From: the human T2T-CHM13v2.0 reference genome, Homo sapiens
DNA: 64,000 nucleotides
Strand: one strand, 5' to 3'
Assembly (NCBI RefSeq): GCF_009914755.1
Contig: NC_060927.1
The notes beneath the pieces were generated by a model that saw only the letters and a program-made list of their open reading frames with translations, did not search any database and was not told the DNA's origin. Below are positions 27,184-39,857 of the stretch, piece after piece. Position 1 is the first letter of the stretch. Every line of letters starts with the position of its first letter. A program made the position numbers and the translations under genes.

Positions 27184-27633
27184 TGTATTGGGGTACTGTT
27201 TTGATAATCTGTTGCCCAAAACTTAGTGGTTTAAAACAACAGCAATCATTTCTTTGCTCAAGATTTTGCTATTTGAGCAGGATTCATCAGGCATAGCTTA
27301 GGTCTGGAAGGTCCACTTTCAAAATGGCCTCACTCACAGGGCTGGTAAGCTGTTGTTGGCTCAGCTGGAGCTGTTAGTTGGTGGTCTCAATTCTTTTCCA
27401 TATGGGCTTCTTCGTGTGGCTCCCTGAGCTTCCTCACAGCATAGTAGCTAGATTCCAAGAAGAAGCTGCCAGTCTTCTGAAAGCCTAGGGTCAAAACTAG
27501 CACAGCATCACTTTTACTGTATTCTATCAGTCAAAACATGACAGGGCCTAACCCGTAGTCAAGGGGGGAATAATTGGACTCCACTTCTTGGTGGGTACAG
27601 AAACAAAAAACTTACAGCTGTCTTTAATTTACC
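27184..27633 (-). mobile_element. MLT1H-like MaLR LTR
   Basis: aaaacttagtggtttaaaacaacagc...tccactttcaaaatggcctcactcac...cttcctcacagcat. Confidence 0.8.
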
Positions 27634-27794
27634 AAAAGTACCAAGAAGCCGTATACATTATCCTAGATCTGTAGTAAACAGGTGTTTTGATAGTTCTTTT
27701 TGTGAATCAGTTTTTGGAATTCAGATCACTTTTCCCAAAGAAACCATTTTGCAAATGGTACTTAGAAATATATTAATAGTTTAGCTTATAGTAG

Positions 27795-28032
27795 GTAATA
27801 ATAGCAAAAGGTTAGGACAATAGTCTTTGACATCAGATAGTCTGGGTTTCAATTTCAAGTCTCATCTGAGTAAATTATTTGACCAATCCAAGTCCTAGTT
27901 TTATCCTCTGTACAATGGGGATGTTAATAATACTCATGAGAGTTCTGAGGATTAAATGAGAGAATGTACCTAAAGCACTTAGTGCAGACCCTAGCATTTA
28001 TAACATGCCCAATAAGTGTAGCTCTTATTATT
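27795..28032 (+). mobile_element. MIR (near full length)
   Basis: tctgggtttcaa...ctctgtacaatgggg...tgaggattaaatgag...aaagcacttagtgcag. Confidence 0.85.
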
Positions 28033-28318
28033 TTTACCCAATGAAGATTTATATGACAGCACTGAGCTATCATATAAAGAACACTGAGCTCTCTTTAAAC
28101 CCAGAGCCCATACACTTTGAAGCTATCTTACATTATAGCCTTTATTTACTATGAGTTCTACAACCTGCGTCTGTCCAAGCAGAGCCAAAGGATAATACAT
28201 TTGGCTGGCAAGAGTTTCTGATGATAGCACTTCCCTTGACTGGGGAGAAAGAGCATGAGAACGTTGTATGGAATTGGTATACACAAATGGAATATTAGTA
28301 AGCAGGTGTTGCCTACAC

Positions 28319-28553
28319 CAGTGTTTCTCAGTCGTTTTTTCATTATCATTTCCCTCCCTAATAAACCTTTTTTGACATTTTTTCCAACTGCTACCCCATA
28401 ATATTTTAATATCTCACATATGACATATATCTGTTTATATGCTGTATGTATATCTCTCTCTGCTTTATGCATTAAAAGAAGTATTTTTTTCACCCCTGCC
28501 AAAACCGATTTTCACCCCTATGAGGGCAATATTGACGCTTTTGAAAACGCATT
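28319..28553. mobile_element. hAT-Charlie MITE (Charlie15a-like)
   Basis: cagtgtttctca...ttgaaaacgcatt ends; 8-bp TSD gcctacac/gcctaaac. Confidence 0.8.
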
Positions 28554-28744
28554 GCCTAAACCACGTAACCTAACCAAACTCCTAAAATTTATTTTGTCAC
28601 ATAATCAACAACTTTATTGTTTTTGTTTGTTTGTTTGTTTGTTTTTTGCAGAGGAATGTCTCAAACAGTGTGGGTATGAAGAACATATATAAGATGGATC
28701 TACTAGGTAATGTTCATTGCTGTCTTTATAACAAAATTAATTAT

Positions 28745-28872
28745 ATAATTCATTGTATAATTATTGTTTAATATCTTTCTTAATTGCAAGCTCTGTAGTA
28801 GCAGGAACATGTCTTGGTTATTGTTGAATGGTCTCTGATGCACAGTAGATGATCGATATTTCTTGAATATTG
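28745..28872 (+). mobile_element. L2 3' fragment
   Basis: ttgcaagctctgtagtagcaggaacatgtc...gcacagtagatgatcgatatttcttgaat. Confidence 0.55.
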
Positions 28873-29559
28873 ATAAGGACTTTAATATCTAATAGGGAAA
28901 AGAAGGTAAGACATGTAAAACCAAAAGTATTCATGAGCTTATTTTGAGTTATGTATGAGGAGTAGCAAGATGCATAAAGAATTGAGACAGTCAAGTTCAG
29001 TTCCCTTTACTCAGCAAGGCTTTAACGGTTACCTTCAGGATCAGCTTTCTAGACCCAGGTTTGAGGGTGGAATCTTGTCTTGTTCATTATTAAATGTTAC
29101 AGAAGTCTTAACAGAATGCTTTATAAGTGGTGGTTTAATACTGCTTTTGAATTATGACTTAATAGTTAAGATAGGAAGGAAGTCTTAGAAGAAACAAAGG
29201 TACAATTAGTCTGCTTATTATTTTCTTCTTCCTTTAGTTAAAAATACATTAAGGATGATCTATGTTTAGATCTTTTGCAGAAACTTTTCCTAAGGACACA
29301 TTTTATATTTGAAGAAAAGGTATTTTTGACATTAATATTTTCTTCAATCTAATGTTAGCTTCCTATATTTCTTTTCTCCCTTCAGTTCATCTAAAACATT
29401 ACAATGCTTTTCTCCTTTTTATTTTATAAAATAGACTCTACAAACCCAATTATAACTCCCTTAGAAGACAAAAGGACTGTAAGGAAATAAAAAACAAGAA
29501 TGATTTGGATATATCAGTTCTCTTTTTTTGTTACATTTTGTGGCTGCCATGGGAAACCT

Positions 29560-30200
29560 ATAAAAGCTTCAAGTCTGATTTTGGTGGATAAATTCCCAAC
29601 AACCTCTTCCTTCAAGGAGTGATCAGTATTATGGACAAAAGGAGGGTATTTTTTTCAATATGTCCTTTTGATTTTATTTTGTGCGGCAACCACCTTTGTA
29701 AAACACACTAACACGTCAGAAATATGAAACTGTCTTCAGTTCACTGCCCTGTAAAAGACGTGTGGCAATAAATAAATAAATAAATAAACAAACCCAGGAA
29801 TGCCTGAGTAAGTAATTTTATTTTTTATGATTCAAGCCCCAAAAGGTCTTGAACTGTCAGATTTATTGTCTATCCGATTTTATGACTTTTAGTTGTATTT
29901 ATTCTTTGATGTTTACCATCAACTGTGCCTACGTGTGCCGTGGTCTGTGGGCTTTCCTATTGCTAAATCATTTTTTAAGCTTTAGTTGTAGCTTCTGTTC
30001 AGCATCAATTCCCCGAGACATGCCATTAACATGAATCATTTTTGAAAGTGTTTGGTGCAATATGAACTCCATGTTGAGTCGATCACTCATTGTGATGGAA
30101 AGAAATGATGACCTTCCCGGAAATACCCATCGCGGTTAAATAACCAAGGATGGGACGGTCAGGGACTTCTGATTGGGGTGCCCCCATCGGCTTAATCTTT
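29560..30200. promoter_or_regulatory. Candidate enhancer / conserved non-coding element
   Basis: Repeat-poor, ~13 CpGs; STAT/ETS, TCF, FOX, HOX and MEIS motifs (function is inferred). Confidence 0.42.
29767..29791. repeat. (TAAA)n short tandem repeat
   Basis: Directly visible. Confidence 0.85.
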
Positions 30201-30795
30201 GCCCCCAAAAGAGGGAGATGGGAGGTCAGTGCAGATTCAGGAGGAAAAGGGAAAAAGAGCTGGGAAAGGGGAAAGAAAACTGCTGACCCAAACCACAGCT
30301 ATTTTATTGGAGGGTCAGTTTTTTTCTACCTCCAGGAAGGTTACATTCATAGCAAGAACTTCTGAGGCGACATCAGTATTTGAGTGCATTCTTTTCTAAC
30401 ACTAATTTTAAAACTTCCAAACATGTTTTCTTTTTTCAATAAAAGTTACATTTTTGCTTTTGCCTGCTCTGATCTCTTTTCTGCTAGGACCTTCTGAAAG
30501 AATTGAGTATAATTACCACTAGTGATAATTTTTTTTCTTTGTTCATATCCAGTATCTAGACATTTTCAAGTTATTGGCCAGTGTAGCCAACTCTGTGTAG
30601 ACCCGGTTAACAACATATGGATAATTCTGGAAGCTTGCCATCCTTTCTCTGCCTATGTTTGGCTAAGTTTGGCCTCGAAACCTTCCCCTCCTCTCCTACG
30701 CCCACCCCAGGCTTCTCAGCATCTTCCTTGGATAAATAAATATAAATATACTAGACACTATGATTAAGGGACAATATACAGGCATATTTTAGAGC

Positions 30796-31016
30796 TAGGC
30801 TCAGAAAACTGCATCCCACAGGCCAAATATGACCTGTTGGTGGTTACTGTAAATACATTTTATTGGAATACAGCCATATCCATCCATTTATGTAATCTCT
30901 ATGGCTGTTTTCACAGCACAGCAACAGTTAAATAGTTGCAACAGAGACTTTATAGCTCTCAAAAACTAAAACATTTGCTATCTGGCCCTTTACAGAAAAA
31001 GTTTGTTGATCCCTCT
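30796..31016. mobile_element. MER58A MITE
   Basis: ggccaaatatgacc...ttttattggaatacagcc...tagttgcaacagagac...tatctggccctttacagaaaaagtttg. Confidence 0.88.
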
Positions 31017-31319
31017 TCTAAGTAGCAGCTATTCAGACATAATCACATTTACTAAACAAACAATATTAATCATTTTATTTACTGGGATCTTCTTAAATTT
31101 GAAGGCCAGATTGCTGAGTAAAATACCAGGAAATCTGGGGAGAAAACTGAAGGAGATAACTTCCAAACACACTGTGATAATGTGGTTTTATGCTTTCAGG
31201 CATCCTTCCAGTTGTTCTTGTTTTCTGTTTAAATAGATTTATCCAGATTGCAGACGAAGAAATTTTGTCATAAATATATATTTTAAACTTTGGGGGACAA
31301 CCCCAATTTTTAAGCTTTT

Positions 31320-31510
31320 GTCTAATTGTTCCTGTAAAAACCAATAACATTTAATATAATTTAATTAAAATTTGCCAATTTGTTAGGAAAAATACAGTCT
31401 TTTGTTTTAGTCTACTTTTTGATAAATTGTAAAGTTAAACATTTTTTCTATATCCATTGAGTGTCTGTATTTATTCTTTGTGAATTCTTTGCTCACATCC
31501 TTTACCATTT
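31320..31510 (-). mobile_element. L1ME-like fragment
   Basis: tttgccaatttgttagg...aacattttttct...tgtgaattctttgctcacatcctttaccattt. Confidence 0.6.
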
Positions 31511-32243
31511 ACATTTCAAAATAAGGTTTTGCTGAAATTCTTGACTAAATTTGTCAGACCCTTTCTTCGTGTTATTCTAATATGAATATTCCAATCAGAA
31601 TTTATACTCCTACCAGTTCAGCCTCTCATGTAAGAGGACACACAGCATGCCCTGAGAATATGGGATAGCATCTTCTATGTGTTTTATGATTTTAAAATAG
31701 AATAAAGCACTTGTGAGAGCAGAAATCACAAAGATTAAGTCAACGCTGTTAAGAAATAAAATACTTATGTTAAAGATTAGAGTTTTACATCCTGAAATAA
31801 AGGCAAATGTTTCTAATTCACTAAAATTATAGCAAATTATATCTCCTCTTAACCAAAGGATTTAAAGCTGCTTACAACACTTCAAATGGTTATAGCTTAT
31901 TTTTCTTCTTTTTTCTGAAGCTCAAAAATGCTTTAGGGTTCATGTGATTTGTATTTGGCATGATGCAGCATAATTGAATGAGATACTTACTTCCAGATGA
32001 TTGATGCCAGTGATTGAGAAGAAACAGCTTTCTTTAAATTGTAACTGACTTATAAAGATGAATGGCTTGTTACTGTAAGCAGCTTTATATCTAGTTAATT
32101 TTAAAAAGAGAGCAAGACCAAAATATCTAGCAATTCTAGAATATTTGCATGGTGAGTATGTGTGGGGAGAGTCACACACATATACATACACAGACAATAC
32201 ATAGAACACACTGTTCCAAGAGAAAATGCCTATAGATTCTTTA

Positions 32244-32403
32244 ATTTTTTTATTTTTATTTTTATTTTTTGAGATGGTGTCTCGCTCTGTTGCCAGGGTG
32301 GAGTGCAGTGGCGCAATCTTGGCTCACTGCAACCTCCGCCTCCCAGGTTCGGTTCGAGTGATTCCCCTGCCTCAGCCTCCTGAGTAGCTGGGACTACAGG
32401 CGC
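32244..32403 (-). mobile_element. Alu right-arm fragment (AluSc-like), truncated
   Basis: ctctgttgccagg (Sc-type 1-bp deletion); ggttc duplicated; stops at actacaggcgc. Confidence 0.88.
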
Positions 32404-32588
32404 TGATATAACAATATTTAGTTTTTATTAACCCAAAATAAAGCTGATGGGCAAAGGCAAAGCTCATTTCCTTTGCTAGGGGAAAAAAAAAACCAGTCAG
32501 TAGTTTTCACTTATGGAGGTCAGAGAGAGTTACTCTAGGCTGACACATGTCAGAGAAGAGAAATACAATTCACAAAGCAAAGTATACA

Positions 32589-33230
32589 TGGAAGGTAGTT
32601 TCCAATGATGGCCATCATCAATTCTTTCTTCCACTGTGTGAGTGTTCTGCTCTTCCCCTTGACTCTGGGCTGCCCTTAATGATTTGCATGACTAGATGAA
32701 TGCAGTGGGAGTGAGACTCTGGGAGTCACCAGTCTATATCAGAGTAAGCATAAGATTCCTCCTGGATCCCTTAGAAAGCTGACCCTTGGAATGCTTCCTC
32801 TAAGAACAAAGCCACAATTCTGTGAGAAATCTAAAGCCCTGTGCTTGATTCCCAGTGAACAGGCCACATTAGCTGCCAGCCACCATGAGAGAGCCATCAT
32901 ATATGTCCATTCTAGTTGAGTCCTGCATTCCTGCTTAACCTCCATCTGCTTGCAATTTCATGAGAGACTCAAAACAAGAGCCTCCTAGCTGAAAGGAGTC
33001 AACCCACAGAATTGTAATACCTAATAATAAATTGTTTATTTATTTGTCTATCTACCTACCTATTTTAGAGACAGCGTGTCCCTGTGTTGCCAAGGCTGGT
33101 CTCGAACTCCTGGGGTCAAGTGATCCTCCTGCTTGCTGGGATTAAAGGCATGAGCCATCAAGCCCGGCCTAAGTTGTTATGTTAAACCACTATGTGCTGG
33201 GATGGTTTGTAAAGTAGCAAAATGTAACTT
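32589..33230 (+). mobile_element. MLT1H-like MaLR LTR interrupted by a FLAM
   Basis: ccccttgactctgggctgcc...agtcaacccacagaattg...aataaattgtt...aaccactatgtgctgggatggtttgt. Confidence 0.8.
33037..33169 (-). mobile_element. FLAM/AluJ left-arm monomer
   Basis: gagacag...ggctggtctcgaactcctggggtcaagtgatcctcc...gcccggcc; TSD-like taaattgtt/taagttgtt. Confidence 0.85.
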
Positions 33231-33989
33231 ATATTGTATAAAGCATTTTTAAATGCATCAAGTTAATGCTTCTATGCAAAATATATCATTACGATAAGTA
33301 GGTTTAACATACCTAACACTGAATTTTGTTTGCTCTTCTAATTTCCTCACTAAAAGAAAATGCCTCTCAGACCTAAGGAATATCCTCCTAACTCTCTCAA
33401 CCAGGGAGGTGGGAAATAAATTGGAATATAGAGCCTGGACTTCTTTCTCTCCCGAGGTATGCATTACTAGTCAAGTTAGTAGATACTAAATGACATATAA
33501 GCTTACAAGGGCAATCAGTGACATATTTGAGGAACACAAACACTATAAAAGATTAATAAGTTGAACAACCCAGAAGATAAAAGAAGTAACAGAGCAAGAA
33601 TTTAAAACAACATAATATTTAACCTGAAAAAAGATGATATCTGAAACATGAAACAAAAATTATCCAGTAGAGAAGAACCAATTGAAGACATTGAAATAAT
33701 GACCTCAATATATGGGATAAGTTACAAAAGAAATAGTCAAAGTTTTACTGAACTAAATGATCAAATCAAAAACATACTCAAAGGAAAGTAAAAAAAGAGA
33801 ACAATAAAATGTCAAATTGACCATAATAGAGATCCCAGAAATAGAGAAAAGAAATAAACAGGGGGAAATATATGTAAAAAAATTATTGAAAGTTTTTAAA
33901 AAGAAAAGAAAGATGCCAGGCAGAAATTAACAGAACTTACAGGAACAATTTTAAAATGACAAGGCATTATAGTGTTGCTAAAGAATAAC

Positions 33990-34015
33990 GGAGAGAGGGA
34001 GAGAGAGAGAGAGAG
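33990..34015. repeat. (GA)n microsatellite
   Basis: Directly visible. Confidence 0.85.
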
Positions 34016-34030
34016 CAAGATTGAGCGAGG

Positions 34031-34470
34031 CTGGCAATCTTTGATATGCAAACGCAATCCATTAGAAACTGGGTCCACCCAACATGGCGATTCCCATGGC
34101 CTTCTTGCCCTTGCCCCACATGTTCCTGGCAACATGGCTGCCCCCACATATCCCCACGTGTGTAGAACACCGTGGCACCCTGCATTTGCATATTAAAAGG
34201 CTGGGGGGGAGGGCCAGCTTTTCCCCAGCTACGTGAATGACATGCCTAGTCAAACCAATCCTCTGAGCCCTATGGAAATCAGACACTGCCTCCTCCAGCC
34301 TCTATATATACACACCTGGCTGGTTTCTGTCCCACTTGGGGTTCCCTCTCTCTGCTTTGGAGCTCCCCCTCCCTCTGTCTCTGTATGGGGGAGCTTCTAT
34401 CTTCTACCTTCTCCCATCTTCCTTGCCTATTAAACTCTCTGCTCCTTAAAACAAAACAAACAAAAAAAAA
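34031..34470 (+). mobile_element. ERV1-class LTR U3-R fragment with A-tail (probable L1-mediated retrocopy; subfamily not determined)
   Basis: GC-richer LTR-like block with CCAAT (34255), a TATA-like box, ATTAAA (34429-34434), then an A-rich tail; imperfect TSD aagattgagcgagg / aaaattgagagtagg. Confidence 0.75.
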
Positions 34471-34878
34471 TTGAGAGTAGGTGCACAATATCTACAAAGA
34501 ACAAGTGTCAGACTATTATCAGAGTTCTCTATGGCATTACTCAAAGAAAAAAAACACAATAAAATTAAATTACCAGAACAGCAAAGAAGGAATATTTTAT
34601 GTTAGAGTTTATGTTCATGCGATTTATCATTTAAATGCAAGGTGAAAATAAGGATATGTTCTTCTGTAAATGCCTTATAGGGTTTTCCACACCAAGGCCT
34701 CCATTGGAAATACTCTGGGAGTAAGTTTTCCAGAAAGTAGAGAAAACAATTCTAGCAGATGCTATAAAATATATGGGAAGTAAGAATAGAAAATTATTTA
34801 GTAAAGTTTACCATTTTCTCAAAAAAGCAATCAACAACCAAAAATATGTTCAAAACGATATGGAATAAAATTCTAGAT

Positions 34879-35050
34879 CAGCACTGTTCAATAGAAATTT
34901 CAGAGATAACAGAAATGTTCTATATCTGTGCTACATGCAACTATTGAATACTTGAAAAGTAAACTAAATATTTTACTATATTTAATTTTAATTCATCTAA
35001 GTTTAAAATTAAATAGCCACATGTGGTTAGTGACTAGCATGTTAGTACTG
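34879..35050. mobile_element. MER3 hAT-Charlie MITE
   Basis: cagcactgttcaatagaa...aaatagccacatgtggttagtg; perfect 8-bp TSD ttctagat (34871-34878, 35051-35058). Confidence 0.92.
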
Positions 35051-35744
35051 TTCTAGATTAGCTCAACATGGTGAGATTGAGATCAACAGAGAATATCATG
35101 GATATGAGAGGGAGCTGAGCACACACAAATGAACTTGTCTGATTTAGAAAAAAAAAGATTCTGATACTATTGAGAAATTAATAAGAAAAAATAAAATGTA
35201 AGTTTGAATCTTAATAGGGATAACCAGACAAAGACTAAAAACAGAATGTATAACTTTCAGAACCACAGATGTAACTTCAAAAACTTATACAGAAGATGAA
35301 AAGGCAGATGAAGAAACAAGGAAGTAAGGTAAATGGAACAATTTACATAGAGTGTCAGAAATTAGTCTCAAAATACCAAATCATCAGGAATATAATGAAT
35401 CATTATGAAGTTTCAATCCCCCATTTAAAGAGAGAAACTTTCAGACTATATTTTAAAAATCCACTAATATGTTGTCTATAAGAGGCATATTTAAAACAAC
35501 AGTATTCAGAAATTTGAAAATAAACTAAGAATGCTATATAGATAAATCCAAATCTAAAGAAATCTGGCATAGCCATTTTCGTATCAGGCAATGAAGAATT
35601 TAAAGTTAAAATTATGAATGTAAAAGAGGGTTAGTATATTAGAAGAAAAAACAGTAGATTGAGAAGTTACAATAATCATCATGAATATGTGTGTGTGTGT
35701 GTATGTGTGTGTATCTGCACAAGGTCGTAAAATACAAAAAGCAA

Positions 35745-36845
35745 CAAATGGATGTACCTCAGTAATAATGACCCTATGTAGAACCCAGATCTTGGTTCCT
35801 AGTGCCATTCTCCAGTCAAAGAAAGCAGAGCCCTTGTAGAATGACTTATTCTAGAGCCCAGGTAGGAAATATGTAAGATGAGTCTGAAGCATTTTGTAGT
35901 GCCAGACAGAAAGAAGCGCAAAATAAATAAATAAATAAAATTTAAAATTTTTTTTAAAAAATCCCCAAACAAAGAAACAAAAAACTCTACCCCCGTTGAT
36001 GTGGATGTCTCAAGGGGCACAGGTGCCAACAATATCCCAGTGATTCAAACAACAAAATAAATAAAGCAATATTGGATAATTACCCAAAGTATAAAAGAAA
36101 TATCTATGAGTCCATATTGATAATGATTGAATACATTAATAAATGGCAGAGAAGAAACAAATATTTTATACAGAACAATTCCAAATAATGTATGTAATTA
36201 TTCTGCCTTAAAAGAGGGAGAGTATAACTTCCCATTCCTTAAGTGTGGATGGCATCTAGTGATTTTCTTCCAAAGAGTGTATTCTGGAAAGGGGAGAAAT
36301 GAGCAGCTCGACAGTGGAGAAACCTGACAAACACTGCATCAACCAGGTTATCAAGGTCAGTGTCAAGTCATGAATTATGTTGACATGATGTGATGAAAAT
36401 GCCACTTTATGCTCTGATATTTTCTCTAAAACACTGATAACCCCTGAATATTGAGGCAAATTCCAAAAGGGGACATCCTACAATATACCTGGTCAGTTAC
36501 TCCTCAAAACTGTCAAGGTCATCAAAAACAAGGCAAGCCCAAGAAACCACCACAGTCTAGAGGGACCTAAGGAAGCATGATGAATAAATGTAGTGTAGTA
36601 TCTTGGGTAGAATCTGGAACAGAGGAAAGACAACAGGCAAAAACTAAGGAACTCTGAATAAACTGTTCAGTTAATAATAATGTCTCAATATTGATCCATT
36701 CATTGTAACAAATCTACCATCTAATGTGAGATGTTGCATTAATTGATGGGGGAGCCCCACCTGCAGGAGTACATGGGCAGTCTCTGTACTGTCTTAATTT
36801 TTCTGTAAACCAACAGATGCTCTGAAATGTACAAGGTCTATTAGA
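35745..36845 (+). mobile_element. L1MD-like 3' end nested in an older L1M
   Basis: cccagatcttggttcct...cagtggagaaacctgacaaacact...ctcctcaaaactgtcaaggtcatcaaaaacaagg. Confidence 0.85.
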
Positions 36846-37139
36846 GAAAGCGACAAATGACAGGATTACCGGGAGAAAAAATTAAGTAAAAAATGTACTC
36901 CACATATTTTAACGCATTCAAGGAATTGATCACACGGACAAAAATTCCTCACCATAAGCCTGTGCCATAAAAAGAGAATGTGCATTCTTTGTGAGCACAC
37001 ACTGAATATTCATAGCAATGTGGGCCACAAAAGATCAATCTCTAAATGCTGACATAACTCAGGACTCCCATTCAGACCACCTTCCCATTCGGTATATACT
37101 CTTCTCCTATGTGAATTCGTCCAGTTCTTGTCTTTAAAT

Positions 37140-37427
37140 ACCAGCTTCATGCTGTTACTGTGCAGCCTGGGTCTCAGCCCTGAATTCCAGATTTGGATAT
37201 CTACGGTCAATTTAACATCTGCACTTATTTTTCTAATAGCTTGGAGTTGGCACATCCCAAACCAAAGATCTACTTTTCCCCCACAAGCCTGTAAGTGGCA
37301 ACACCATCCTTTCGGTAGCCCAGGTAACAAAAACAAAATAAAACATCCAAACAAACAAAAACCTTTTTACCTTATGCATGCCATGTCTTACCCACCAGGA
37401 GTGTTATTGGTCCTGACTTCAAGTTAT
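37140..37427 (+). mobile_element. L2 fragment (left of the MER97 insertion)
   Basis: ctcagccctgaattccagat...gtaagtggcaacaccatcc. Confidence 0.65.
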
Positions 37428-38584
37428 CAGTGATGTAATGGGCTTTGACAACCATAGTAGATTTTTTTTAACATGCCTCATCTACAGGACAAAATTATTT
37501 TCAGTAATAATCATGAAGTAAAGAAGATAATAATAATGGCTAGAAAAGAAACGTAGACAATGATTTTTTTCTTTCACCAAACTTCATATATAAAATTGTG
37601 TCAGAAAAAAATAAATATTACATGTAAAAAAAAGAATAAAATAAAAATTACAATACAAGCAAGGAAAAAAGTATGAATAAACACTACTTGATTTATTACT
37701 TGTTATAAAAGAGACAAACAACTTGTACCTATATATTTGTTTTTGGATTAACGAAGTGTTTGAGCCTTCAGACTCAGAACTTCTGAGTTCTGCAAACTTG
37801 TCAATGACTTCAACAAAATTAACTTTCTTTACATATTCATGTTTAATAGAATAGAGCCAGATTTGTCAATCTTCCTTCATAGTTGATTGAAGAATACTTT
37901 TTATAAATGTTATTTACATGAATGAATAAATGCACAATTAGTCATAAAAGTCTTAAAGATAAAAGTCCCATTTTACAATAAAACCCAGAAATTTTAAACA
38001 CAAATGAAAACTCCAAATGGTCACAGCAAATTACAGAATTAAGATAATTCAAATTCTGTCTCTTCACATTTATAATCACTGTGCTATTGTGTATTCTTAA
38101 TCTCCTATCTAACTGCAGAGATAGGTGGTACCACCAAGTCGTGCCCCTGAAGTGTGCACCAGCAATTCCTCAACACCACGTAAACATTTTCTCAAAACTT
38201 GTGCAGGCAACTGAGTCCATTTGTGTTGGACGACAACCGTGCAACTGGAGCTTCTTGGAAATAACTTCCATCTGGCATACAGTGTTTATTAAAGGATAAG
38301 AAATTTAAAATATGCTAAATTGTAGCTCACATGTATATTATTAAAACTCAGCAGAAACTACAGCACTTGTGTAGAACTAAAACTTAGACTAAAGAGCTTT
38401 TCTTCTCAGAGGAGTATTTTATCACTGACATTATTTACAATTGCAAGTTCATGGTAACAATAAAAAGCAAACTGACTTTTAGTTAGTTTTAATGTCACTT
38501 TTGAATTCTCTACGGATAATTCTCTACTTATTGTCTGCGCCTGGAGTAGATGGCATTCACTGCACCCCTTTTGGGATGCTAGTA
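37428..38584 (-). mobile_element. MER97 hAT-Tip100 DNA transposon derivative
   Basis: The reverse complement matches the MER97 5' region (gtagagaattc...aatgtcagtgataaaatactcctc...ttatcctttaataaaca); 8-bp TSD caagttat/caaattat. Confidence 0.85.
37788..37904 (-). pseudogene. hAT transposase C-terminal (dimerisation) remnant, frameshifted
   Basis: The minus strand reads IKSILQSTM / RLTNLAL / SIKHEYVKKVNFVEVIDKFAE across two frameshifts. Confidence 0.75.
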
Positions 38585-38822
38585 CAAATTATATCTAAAT
38601 CTAACTTTCTTCATCCCTATTGCTTCCAACTTTAGGAATCCACGATTTCTTTCTTTAATTATTGCAGTAGGCTCCTAACTTTATAACTGAACTTGCTTCT
38701 TAAGTGTTTTCTTTTTTCCTCATCTATTTGTAACACAGCAGCTAGAGTGATCTTTTAAATGGCAGATGAATCAGTCACTCCTCTATTCAAAACCTTCAAA
38801 TGACATCTCATTTGTCTCAAGG
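38585..38822 (+). mobile_element. L2 fragment (right of the MER97 insertion)
   Basis: attattgcagtaggctcctaact...cacagcagctagagtgatctttt...cactcctctattcaaaaccttcaaatg. Confidence 0.8.
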
Positions 38823-38829
38823 TATATGT

Positions 38830-39053
38830 TTGCCATGAACATATGCCTGAGTCCATGCTTAAGTGAGCTGCTTCTAAACCACAACTGAATGGCTCTACTT
38901 CTGTTGGGTGTGCTTCTACCTGCTCCATTGTCCCATCTGATTTCACTTGTAAACCACAAGCTCCAAGTAAAATTATTAAGAATTTCAAGATGATAGGAGA
39001 GCATTCAACCAAGCGTGTGGCTCTTCTCTACAACAGAGGTTGCACATTCCAGG
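38830..39053 (-). mobile_element. MER45B/C-like hAT-Tip100 fragment
   Basis: tgctccattgtcccatctgatttcacttg...aattattaagaatttcaagatg. Confidence 0.75.
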
Positions 39054-39062
39054 TCTTACGGT

Positions 39063-39857
<795 letters not shown>

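Larger units (their letters stand above)
33520..37050 (+). mobile_element. Ancient L1M (ORF1 to ORF2 endonuclease remnants) fragmented by nested insertions
   Basis: A-rich ORF1-like sequence; ORF 35296-35481 ends NPLICCL (cf. L1 ORF2 DPTICCLQE); EN remnant resumes at ~36860-37050. Confidence 0.65.

Noticed and set aside
33896-34488. Six overlapping ORFs
   Set aside because: A by-product of the GC-richer LTR having fewer stop codons; no gag, pol or env motifs
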